From an uncultured Candidatus Peribacteria bacterium (GTDB lineage: Bacteria; Patescibacteriota; Gracilibacteria; UBA4473): DNA of 38,100 nucleotides. The notes beneath the pieces are model-generated. The model was not told the DNA's origin, made no database searches, and saw only the letters and a list, made by a program, of their open reading frames with translations. Within the stretch, counting starts at the first letter, position 1; each line of letters opens with the position of its first letter. This document shows positions 8,641-16,148 of this stretch, piece by piece. A program made the translations under genes and the position numbers. The stretch is taken from positions 1-38,100 of the forward strand of contig CAZVBV010000001.1 in the NCBI GenBank assembly GCA_964625805.1. Direction: 5' to 3'.

Positions 8641-9404
8641 TATTCAAATTCTAACAGAACTGGACAATGGTCGGAACCCATCTGGTCGTTTAAATATTCA
8701 TTTTTTTTTACGCGCGGAAGTATTTTTTCGTCCACAAAGAAATAATCAATTCGCCACCCCACATTTCTGGTTCGCGCTCTGGTGATCACATGCCACCACG
8801 AGTACACATCGCGCGTGTCGGGGTTTTTAGTTCTCCATACATCAATCCATCCATCCTCGATCCATTTGCTCAACCACGCTCGTTCCCGTGGGTGAAATCC
8901 AATCTTCCCGTCGTTGTCTTCTGGTCGCGCTAGATCAATCGCCTCGTGTGCACAGTTCACATCTCCAGTGAAGATGACCTGCCTGCCTTCTTTGCGGAGG
9001 GCATTTACGGAGTTCAAGAATTTCTCATAAAAAACTAATTTTCCATCCCATGCTTCGGGCGACTTTCCGCCGTTAGGGAAATACACACCAAGAATCGTTG
9101 TGTTCTCAATGTCGACACGAGCAATACGCCCTTCTGTGTCTTCGAAGTCCGGCATTCCTGAGCTAAACTCGGGGTTCATTCCTCGAACCCAAATCGCTGT
9201 TCCCGCATACCCAGGTTTTTCTGCCGAATGGTAAAACTGCTGATAGTCTGCATATTTTTCAATCAATGATTGCACCTGTTCTTCTTTGCATTTCGTTTCT
9301 TGGATGAGAAATACATCAGGATTGTGGTTTTTAAAAAACGCCTCAAGGTCACCCTTGCGCTCCACCGCCCTGATCCCGTTCACGTTCCAAGAGATGATTT
9401 TCAT
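8640..9404 (-). CDS. xth: exodeoxyribonuclease III (AP endonuclease, EEP fold)
   Basis: MKIISWNVNGIRA, FLIQETK, GDVNCAHEAIDL and SDHCPVLLEF motifs. Confidence 0.93.
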   Translation of the reverse strand: MKIISWNVNGIRAVERKGDLEAFFKNHNPDVFLIQETKCKEEQVQSLIEKYADYQQFYHSAEKPGYAGTAIWVRGMNPEFSSGMPDFEDTEGRIARVDIENTTILGVYFPNGGKSPEAWDGKLVFYEKFLNSVNALRKEGRQVIFTGDVNCAHEAIDLARPEDNDGKIGFHPRERAWLSKWIEDGWIDVWRTKNPDTRDVYSWWHVITRARTRNVGWRIDYFFVDEKILPRVKKNEYLNDQMGSDHCPVLLEFE

Positions 9405-9435
9405 CAGCGGAATAATACCACAACTTCAAAACTCT

Positions 9436-9668
9436 CTCCTGTCATTCCGAGCCTCCTTCTCCTTTTTTTATCTTCCCTGAGCCCCCCTCTTTTTTGTCAT
9501 CCCGGAATCCCGGAGGGATGTCCGGGATCTAGTCATAATAAACACTCTTTATGCCAGGCTTTAGCCAATTTCAAAAAACACTCTTTTGTCATTCCGAGCG
9601 TAGCCGAGGAATCCCTTCCTTATGTCAAACAAAAAGGGATCTCTCCGCTTCGGTCGAGATGACAAGTA
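9436..9668. repeat. cluster of four TGTCAT-hairpin repeats filling the xth / cysteine-desulfurase intergenic gap
   Basis: 9436..9456 is a truncated copy. 9494..9539 reads TGTCAT-CCCGGA-N14-TCCGGG-ATC-TAGTCATAA. 9586..9615 reads TTGTCATTCCGAGCGTAGCCGAGGAATCCC. 9636..9666 is a reverse-orientation copy with a compensated stem (ATCTC/GAGAT). The spurious ORFs 9270..9662 and 9551..9766 are read-throughs of these repeats. Confidence 0.75.
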
Positions 9669-9680
9669 TTGGGCAAAATA

Positions 9681-10730
9681 TCACCCTCTCAACTCCTCCA
9701 CATAGTGTTTCAACGTCTCGCAAAAGTTCTCTACCGCTTTATCGGTCAGGAATTTATGCAAACTGATACGAACGGGATACTGCCACTCAGGATCTTGTTC
9801 GATGTACGCAATAGTCTTGGTCGGAACCAGAATATCGCTTGTACACGCCGATCCCGTCGACACACAGAGGCCTTCTTTCTCGGATAACACCGACATCAGT
9901 TCCGCTCCTCTCAATCCTTTGAAAGCGACTGAAATGGTTCCTGGAATACGATCAAAGTCGCTACTGTGAATCTTCGAATCAGGAATATTCTTCACGCAGG
10001 TTTCAATTTGCTCTGTCCATCGTTTTAATTTTTCAACGGTTTCTTTCTCCTCTTCGAAGGCAATCCGAAACGCTTCTGCCATTCCCGCAATCAACCAACA
10101 ATTCTTCGTGTGTCTGTCTTTGGACAGTTCTGGGAAATCTTCAGGATTCTTTAAATACAAAAGTCCGACCATCTTCGGTCCGTAGATTTTTTGCGGAGCG
10201 AAGCTCACGGCGTCCACGTGATCGATGTCGAATTTTAGTCCTTTTCCAATCGCCTGCGACCAATCCTCGAGAATGATCGTTTCTGGAAATCGTTTTTTGA
10301 AATTCGTTGAATCAAACATTTCTCCCGTTTCGGCGTTTGCTTTCATTTGCGCCAAGACTTTTGGCGGGTTTTTAAAGAGTTCGTCACAGAATGCCCGTGG
10401 GCAGAAGTGGTTCTTTTCGGGAACTTCATCAAGAATCGACGAATGTTCCACGCGAGAACAGGTAATATTCTCCCATCCAAATCGCTTTGAACACGCCCAG
10501 AGAAAGCGACGGTTGCTGTCGGTACCAGAATAGGTGACCGCTAACTGTGCCGCTGTAACGCCCAATAAGTCCGCAATGGTGCTGAGAGACTCGTCGATTA
10601 CTTTTTGCGCCTCAAATCCACGCACATGTCTGGAATTATTGTTCCCAAACTTTTCCATGTGCTTCTCCATGACCGCGATAACTCGCGAATCGAGAGGGGT
10701 TGTGGCTGCCGCGTCAAAATAGTTTTCCAT
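9681..10730 (-). CDS. class V aminotransferase-fold cysteine desulfurase (NifS/IscS-like)
   Basis: N-terminus MENYFDAAATTPLD; PLP-lysine region SFAPQKIYGPK (HK replaced by QK); active-site loop STGSACTSD. The track start at 10793 is TTG, so ATG 10730 is preferred. It overlaps the upstream methyltransferase gene by 17 nt. Confidence 0.85.
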   Translation of the reverse strand: MENYFDAAATTPLDSRVIAVMEKHMEKFGNNNSRHVRGFEAQKVIDESLSTIADLLGVTAAQLAVTYSGTDSNRRFLWACSKRFGWENITCSRVEHSSILDEVPEKNHFCPRAFCDELFKNPPKVLAQMKANAETGEMFDSTNFKKRFPETIILEDWSQAIGKGLKFDIDHVDAVSFAPQKIYGPKMVGLLYLKNPEDFPELSKDRHTKNCWLIAGMAEAFRIAFEEEKETVEKLKRWTEQIETCVKNIPDSKIHSSDFDRIPGTISVAFKGLRGAELMSVLSEKEGLCVSTGSACTSDILVPTKTIAYIEQDPEWQYPVRISLHKFLTDKAVENFCETLKHYVEELRG

Positions 10731-11352
10731 TGTGTTTCTTTCCCACGATAACATAGTTTCTATCGCGAAGAAGCTGGCAGAATGTAACCTCAAACCCCGC
10801 TCTGCGCAAGAGTTTTTTCAAATCTTTGTCCGTTACGTTCCGATATGTCCGCGGATGCTTTTCCACGCCAAAGGGAATCGTCCAGTTTTTTCCGTTCCCA
10901 GCCCATAAATTCGTCCAGAAGTGCTTTCTTGGCAATTTCCAGGTCGTAAGAAACAGTGTTCCTCCTGGTTTCAGTGTTCTGCAACACTCTTGCAAAAACT
11001 GTTTTTGTTCGGCTTCTGAAAGGATGTGGTGAAAACTTGCCACCCCTGTGACGATATCAAAGTTATCATCCCCAAAGGGAAGCGGTCTTGTGAAATCTTT
11101 ATGAAAGAAGTGATCACGAGGGAATGTTTTTCGGGCCACTTCGAGGAGTTTCTCCGATACATCGAGTCCAAAGTAATCCCCATCACGAATGATCTCAACA
11201 GGCAGAGACTGGCGTAATCGCCCATTCCCACACCCAAGATCAAGAACTCTGTCTCCCTTCTTCGTTTCTTTGAGTAAAACTTCAAACTCTGGCCACGCGT
11301 TTGTGCGGGTTTGAGAGAAATCGTGCGCGAACATGTCGTACTGAGAGTTCAT
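10714..11352 (-). CDS. class I SAM-dependent methyltransferase, Trm9/ALKBH8-MT-like
   Basis: FSQTRTNAWPEF, VLDLGCGNGR, FDIVTGVASFHHI and LKPGGTLFLTTW parallel, from my memory of the family, the Trm9 blocks (HFSxTRxxxWP, DVGCGNGK, AVxHH, GGxxLIxxW). The track start at 11427 is GTG and sits on the fusA -35, so ATG 11352 is preferred. Confidence 0.7.
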   Translation of the reverse strand: MNSQYDMFAHDFSQTRTNAWPEFEVLLKETKKGDRVLDLGCGNGRLRQSLPVEIIRDGDYFGLDVSEKLLEVARKTFPRDHFFHKDFTRPLPFGDDNFDIVTGVASFHHILSEAEQKQFLQECCRTLKPGGTLFLTTWKLPRKHFWTNLWAGNGKNWTIPFGVEKHPRTYRNVTDKDLKKLLRRAGFEVTFCQLLRDRNYVIVGKKHNGKLF

Positions 11353-11420
11353 TTCAACGCGAACGTACACCAGGTTCTTTTTTCGCGCAAGATTGTACTC
11401 ACAAAAATACCCCCTAAAAA

Positions 11421-11457
11421 TTGACACTTTCCCCTCAGTTTGTACAGTATGCCCGAT
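11421..11457 (+). promoter_or_regulatory. predicted promoter of fusA plus conserved +1 element
   Basis: Reads TAAAAATTGACA-N13-TTTGTACAGT-ATGCCCGAT-TTTT. The -35 is at 11421..11426, the spacer is 16 nt, and the -10 TACAGT is at 11443..11448. The ATG is at 11473. Confidence 0.55.
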
Positions 11458-11472
11458 TTTTAACTTACTTTT

Positions 11473-13551
11473 ATGACTGGCAAAAAATACCCATTAGACA
11501 AGGTCCGAAACATCGGAATTATTGCGCATATCGATGCGGGAAAAACAACCGTTACTGAGCGTGTTCTCTTTTATACTGGTAAATCTCACAAGATTGGTGA
11601 GGTGCACGAGGGAGAAGCAACAATGGACTGGATGGAGCAGGAGCAAGAACGAGGAATTACAATTACCTCTGCTGCGACAACTTGTTTTTGGAAAGATTGC
11701 CAAATTAATATCATCGATACCCCAGGGCACGTAGACTTCACAGTTGAGGTTGAACGTTCTTTGCGAGTGCTTGATGGTGCGGTTACCGTCTTCGACGGAG
11801 TGGCCGGAGTAGAACCACAATCAGAAACTGTATGGAGACAAGCGGACAAATACAGCGTTCCGCGAGTTTGCTTTATTAATAAGCTCGACCGAACAGGAGC
11901 GTCTTTCTGGCGTTCATACGATTCAATTATTGAACGACTTACAAAACAAGCGTTCCCGATTCAAATTCCTATCGGAATTGAACAAGGGTTTAGCGGGATT
12001 ATCGATTTGATCGAGATGAAAGCAACGCTCTACAAAGACGAAATGGGGAAAGAGTTTGAAGTGGTAGATATTCCAAACGAAGAACTTGATCTTGCTCGTG
12101 AATGGCGAGAAAAAATGCTGGAAGCCGTGGCTTCAACAGACGAAGAATTGATGGAACGATACCTCGATGGGAAAGAGCTTACTTCTGAAGAGATTATCAA
12201 AGCCATGCGAAAAGCAACTATTGCGAATGAGTTCATTCCAGTATTAACGGGAACGGCGCTCAAAAACAAAGGAGTGCAACCAATGCTCGATATGGTTGTG
12301 GCATTATTGCCATCACCACTCGACATTCCTTCTATTCCCGGAACAGACCCAAAAACAGATGAGCCTATGGAAAGACACGCCGATGTCACAGAACCTTTAT
12401 CTTCATTGGCATTTAAGATTGCAACCGATCCTTTCGTAGGACGACTGACTTTCGTACGAGTGTACTCTGGAAAATTGGAAGCGGGAAGTTACGTGTACAA
12501 CGTATCAAGCGGACAGAAAGAACGAATTGGGCGACTCCTTTTGATGCATGCCAACACACGAGAAGAAGTGAAAGAAATTGGAGCTGGACATATCGGAGCG
12601 GTGGTTGGTTTGAAAAAAACTCGAACTGGAGACACTCTCTGTGATGAGAACAACCAAATCATCCTTGAAAACATTGAGTTCCCAGAACCAGTGATTTCGA
12701 TTTCTATTGAGCCAAAAACAAAGGCCGATCAAGAAAAGATGGGAGTTGCGTTACAGAAATTATCAGAAGAAGATCCGACATTCCGAGTGTCTACAAACGA
12801 AGAGACCAACCAGACTATTATTTCTGGAATGGGAGAGCTTCACTTGGACATCATTGTGGATCGTATGAAACGAGAGTTTAGTGTTGAAGCGGATATTGGA
12901 GCGCCACAGGTTGCGTACCGAGAAACGATTCAGGACGAAGTAGTGGCCGAGTACCAACACAAGAAACAATCAGGAGGACGGGGGCAGTTTGGACACGTTG
13001 TGTGCCGACTTAAACCAGGAGAAGTTGGATCAGGATTCAGCTTTAAAAATGTTATCAAAGGAGCCTCTATTCCAAATGAATACATCCCAGGGTGTGAGAA
13101 AGGATTCAAAGAAGCGATTACTCGTGGAATCTTGGCTGGTTACCCAGTGGTGGACATAGCCATTGAACTGTTCGATGGGTCTTACCATGACGTAGATTCT
13201 TCTGAATTAGCGTTTAAGATCGCTTCCGCTCAGGCATTTAAAGAAGGAGCTCTTCGGGCAAACCCAGTGATTCTCGAACCAATCATGAATGTAGAAATTG
13301 TTTCTCCTGAAGATTACTTGGGAGACGTGATGGGAGATGTTTCATCCAGGCGTGGACTGATTCAAGAAACGGGAGATCGAGGTCTTGCGAAATTCGTGAA
13401 GGCAAAAATCCCTCTAGCAGCCATGTTCGGATATGCGACAGACCTCCGGTCAGTGACGCAAGGACGAGCAAGTTACACTATGGAATTTGCGAACTACGAC
13501 AAAGTACCAAAGAGTGTGGCTGCAAAGATTATCGAAGAACGAAAAGGATAA
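11473..13551 (+). CDS. fusA: translation elongation factor G
   Basis: 692 aa with [22 protein letters not shown] and NKLDR GTPase motifs and full EF-G domain order. Confidence 0.97.
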   Translation: MTGKKYPLDKVRNIGIIAHIDAGKTTVTERVLFYTGKSHKIGEVHEGEATMDWMEQEQERGITITSAATTCFWKDCQINIIDTPGHVDFTVEVERSLRVLDGAVTVFDGVAGVEPQSETVWRQADKYSVPRVCFINKLDRTGASFWRSYDSIIERLTKQAFPIQIPIGIEQGFSGIIDLIEMKATLYKDEMGKEFEVVDIPNEELDLAREWREKMLEAVASTDEELMERYLDGKELTSEEIIKAMRKATIANEFIPVLTGTALKNKGVQPMLDMVVALLPSPLDIPSIPGTDPKTDEPMERHADVTEPLSSLAFKIATDPFVGRLTFVRVYSGKLEAGSYVYNVSSGQKERIGRLLLMHANTREEVKEIGAGHIGAVVGLKKTRTGDTLCDENNQIILENIEFPEPVISISIEPKTKADQEKMGVALQKLSEEDPTFRVSTNEETNQTIISGMGELHLDIIVDRMKREFSVEADIGAPQVAYRETIQDEVVAEYQHKKQSGGRGQFGHVVCRLKPGEVGSGFSFKNVIKGASIPNEYIPGCEKGFKEAITRGILAGYPVVDIAIELFDGSYHDVDSSELAFKIASAQAFKEGALRANPVILEPIMNVEIVSPEDYLGDVMGDVSSRRGLIQETGDRGLAKFVKAKIPLAAMFGYATDLRSVTQGRASYTMEFANYDKVPKSVAAKIIEERKG

Positions 13552-13576
13552 TCTCAATTACCAGAAACCAAGCAAA

Positions 13577-13603
13577 AGGCCTCGCGAAAGTGGGGTCTTT
13601 TTT
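13577..13603 (+). terminator. rho-independent terminator of fusA
   Basis: AGGCCTC-GCGAAAGT-GGGGTCT stem (with G-U pairs) followed by TTTTTT. Confidence 0.6.
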
Positions 13604-13640
13604 GTAGCACCACCCCCGTTGAGGGAGGTATTTGTTTTAG

Positions 13641-13672
13641 TTCCTCCCCTTGCAGGGGAGGATAGGTGGGGT
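13641..13672 (+). repeat. 32-nt direct repeat, left copy, flanking the DUF559 gene
   Basis: TTCCTCCCCTTGCAGGGGAGGATAGGTGGGGT contains the hairpin CCTCCCCT-TGC-AGGGGAGG. It is 31/32 identical to 14122..14153. Confidence 0.85.
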
Positions 13673-13679
13673 ATCGAAA

Positions 13680-14057
13680 TCACAGTCCTTCTAGAACGCG
13701 CAGAAGCTCCTCCACACACCCTTCACAATTCCTCATGACATCATTGTTCGCAAAACGAACCACTTTTATCCCTTGCAACTCAAGAAACTTCGTCCGTATT
13801 TTATCCTGCTCAATTGCCTCGTCTGAAATAAAATGACTATCTCCGTCGATCTCAATGACAAGCTTCTTTTCGAATGAATAAAAATCCACAATATATTTCC
13901 CAACCGAACACTGGCGCCGAAATTTAATTCCTTGTATTTGCCTGTCTCGAAGATAATACCAAATCTTTTGCTCTGGCTTTGGCATGTCGTTGCGCAGATT
14001 TTGTCTTAATTTTTTATATTTTTTTCGATTTATTATTTCACTCATTATTAAAAACAT
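13680..14057 (-). CDS. DUF559 / Vsr-like (PD-(D/E)xK) endonuclease domain protein
   Basis: 125 aa. KFRRQCSVGKYIVDFYSFEKKLVIEIDGDSHF...DKIRTKFLELQGIKVVRFANNDV matches the DUF559 pattern (RRQ..g.YivDF....kl.IE.DG..H......D..R...L...G..vlRf.N..v). Confidence 0.85.
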   Translation of the reverse strand: MFLIMSEIINRKKYKKLRQNLRNDMPKPEQKIWYYLRDRQIQGIKFRRQCSVGKYIVDFYSFEKKLVIEIDGDSHFISDEAIEQDKIRTKFLELQGIKVVRFANNDVMRNCEGCVEELLRVLEGL

Positions 14058-14068
14058 ACCCCCTCTAA

Positions 14069-14087
14069 CTCCCCCTGCAAGGGGGAG
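14069..14087. repeat. inverted-orientation copy of the GC hairpin (CTCCCCCTGCAAGGGGGAG)
   Basis: Perfect palindromic hairpin 12 nt upstream of the DUF559 start. It is related to the hairpin core of the 32-nt repeats but flipped. Confidence 0.6.
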
Positions 14088-14121
14088 AATTTATAGGATT
14101 TTAACATTAGAGGCATCACAA

Positions 14122-14153
14122 TTCCTCCCCTTGCAGGGGAGGCTAGGTGGGGT
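14122..14153 (+). repeat. 32-nt direct repeat, right copy, flanking the DUF559 gene
   Basis: TTCCTCCCCTTGCAGGGGAGGCTAGGTGGGGT, 31/32 identical to 13641..13672. Confidence 0.85.
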
Positions 14154-14167
14154 GGTCCCCCCTTCTT

Positions 14168-14193
14168 TTATTTCCTCTCAAACAAGATTCCAG
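14168..14193 (-). repeat. relic copy of the metG 3' terminus (last 8 codons plus stop)
   Basis: TTATTTCCTCTCAAACAAGATTCCAG matches 16149..16174 (TTATTTCCGTTCAAACAAGATTCCGG) at 23/26 positions. On the minus strand it still reads GILFERK-stop, but no metG-like ORF lies upstream of it. Confidence 0.75.
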
Positions 14194-14205
14194 TAACAAA
14201 GAGTC

Positions 14206-15978
14206 TCACTCCTCCAAGAATCCGCCAACCTGATTCTCCCAGAGATTCTTATATTCTCCCCCCTCTTTTTGAATCAATTCCTTGTGAGACCCTTCTTCCA
14301 AGACCTTCCCATCGCTAATCAAGACGATTCTGTCCATTTTCTTGAGCGTAGAGAGTCGATGCGCCACAACAAGTGTTGTTTTGTTTTTCATCAATGTTTC
14401 CAGCGCCTGTTGAATCAGGGACTCTGCCACCGAATCCAAAGAACTCGTCGCCTCGTCCAAAACCAATATAGGAGCGTTTTTGAGCATAGCACGAGCAATG
14501 GCTACTCGTTGTCGCTCTCCACCTGACAACTTAATGCCTCTTTCTCCTACCAGTGTTTTGTAACCATCCGTGGTGTTTCGAATAAACTCATCCGCATGTG
14601 CCATTTTGGATACAACAACCACTGATTCTTTTTTTGCTTTCAAATTCCCGTATTGGATGTTTTCAAAGAGGGAACGATGAAATAACAATGGCTCCTGTGG
14701 TACGTATGAAATTGCGGATCGGAGATCTTCTTGTCGAATTTGTGTAATATCCTGACCATCTATGAAAATTCCCCCCTTCTTTATCTCGTTAAATCGAAGA
14801 AGTAATTTTGTAATTGTAGATTTTCCCGCTCCAGAGCGCCCCACCAAACCAACATGCTCTCCTGGTTTTACTTTGAAATTAAAGTTTTCAAAGAGGGGTC
14901 TTCCTTTTGTGTATTCAAATTTCACATCTTTAAATTCAATCATTCCCCGGTGAATACGACAGACCTCAGGTTTGTCAGGATCGAGAATAGTTGGGGTCTT
15001 TTGAATGATTTCTGTCATTTCTTCTGCATCAGAAAAGACGGTATACAAATCCTTAATCACTTGTCCAAAATTCCAAAAGTTCATGTAAATTCCAACGAGA
15101 TACGCCTGTGTAAGCACCATTGTTCCGATCGTTACGGTTCCATTTATCCATCCTTGAATCAAAATCCAAAACGTCGCCGCTTCTAAAAGCGTCATCAAAG
15201 ATGCTTGCAAGAGGTCTTGCTTGATCCCAAAGATCCATGTTTTCATTCGCGCATCATTCTCTTTTTGCGTTTGGGTAAACATTTTTTTTCGTTCAAACAA
15301 AGATCGGGCAAACATTTTTATTGTAAAAGCATTTGAAATACCATCGGCAAAAAGCCCCTGTGATTTTGTTTCCTCCTTCGCTCGAATAATTTCATATTTC
15401 CTTCGTTTTAAAGAGAAAAAGCTCACTACCAACCCGTACACAACGGCCCACACAAGAAGCATAATCGCAATTAATGGAACCAGTGGAAAAAGAACCACCA
15501 CCGAAAACAATAATCGCAAAATATTCGGCCAAAAATTAAAGTAGATCATGTCGTCCAGTCGCTCAAACCCGCGAACAAATCGTCCGGCTTTGGCCACCAA
15601 GCTTCCAACAAAACTGTCGGCAAAGAAGTCTATCTGGTGTTTGTGAATGTTTACAAAACATACGTTTTGCAAATCTCGCATTCCCTTCGCTTGAAAATGC
15701 GTAATCAACCAATCTCCCACCCGCTCTAGTCCAGGATAAATAAGAATCGCAAAGCTTGTTACAATAATAAAAATACGTAATAGCTCTGGCCAGAGGCTCA
15801 TTCTGTCTTCCCCAGAAAATTCGGTAATCAGATCAAAAAACTCTTTGTAATAAAACTGAACATAGATCGCTAACGCAATCGAAACCGCTTTCACTAAAAA
15901 TTTAAGATAGAAATAGGCTGAATACTTTTTTGAAGTATTCCAGTAATATTTAAGTGTTGATTGTGTTGTGTTCTTCAT
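14206..15978 (-). CDS. ABC exporter, fused permease/ATPase (MsbA/type I exporter-like)
   Basis: N-terminal six-helix TMD, Walker A GRSGAGKST, signature LSGGERQR, Walker B ILVLDEATSSLD. The track start at 16038 is TTG, so ATG 15978 (MKNTTQ) is preferred. Confidence 0.9.
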   Translation of the reverse strand: MKNTTQSTLKYYWNTSKKYSAYFYLKFLVKAVSIALAIYVQFYYKEFFDLITEFSGEDRMSLWPELLRIFIIVTSFAILIYPGLERVGDWLITHFQAKGMRDLQNVCFVNIHKHQIDFFADSFVGSLVAKAGRFVRGFERLDDMIYFNFWPNILRLLFSVVVLFPLVPLIAIMLLVWAVVYGLVVSFFSLKRRKYEIIRAKEETKSQGLFADGISNAFTIKMFARSLFERKKMFTQTQKENDARMKTWIFGIKQDLLQASLMTLLEAATFWILIQGWINGTVTIGTMVLTQAYLVGIYMNFWNFGQVIKDLYTVFSDAEEMTEIIQKTPTILDPDKPEVCRIHRGMIEFKDVKFEYTKGRPLFENFNFKVKPGEHVGLVGRSGAGKSTITKLLLRFNEIKKGGIFIDGQDITQIRQEDLRSAISYVPQEPLLFHRSLFENIQYGNLKAKKESVVVVSKMAHADEFIRNTTDGYKTLVGERGIKLSGGERQRVAIARAMLKNAPILVLDEATSSLDSVAESLIQQALETLMKNKTTLVVAHRLSTLKKMDRIVLISDGKVLEEGSHKELIQKEGGEYKNLWENQVGGFLEE

Positions 15979-16148
15979 CGTAAAATTGATTGTTCGTCTT
16001 TTGGGTTTGCGAGGAGACTCCTCTGGGGCGGCATGCAAAGAGAATGTTTTATCTCTAATAGCACATACTTTCCATGAAACGAATGAACTTGTATCCTGTT
16101 ACAATTATCAATAATAACGAGAAACGTCTACCCCACCTGTTTTAGAAT

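Noticed and set aside
13574-13587. Similarity between the fusA terminator (AAAAGGCCTCGCGAAAG) and 35061..35075 (AAAAGCCTCGCGAGTC)
   Set aside because: Only about 12 nt are shared around a CTCGCGAG palindrome. That is too short to distinguish from chance or generic hairpin composition.
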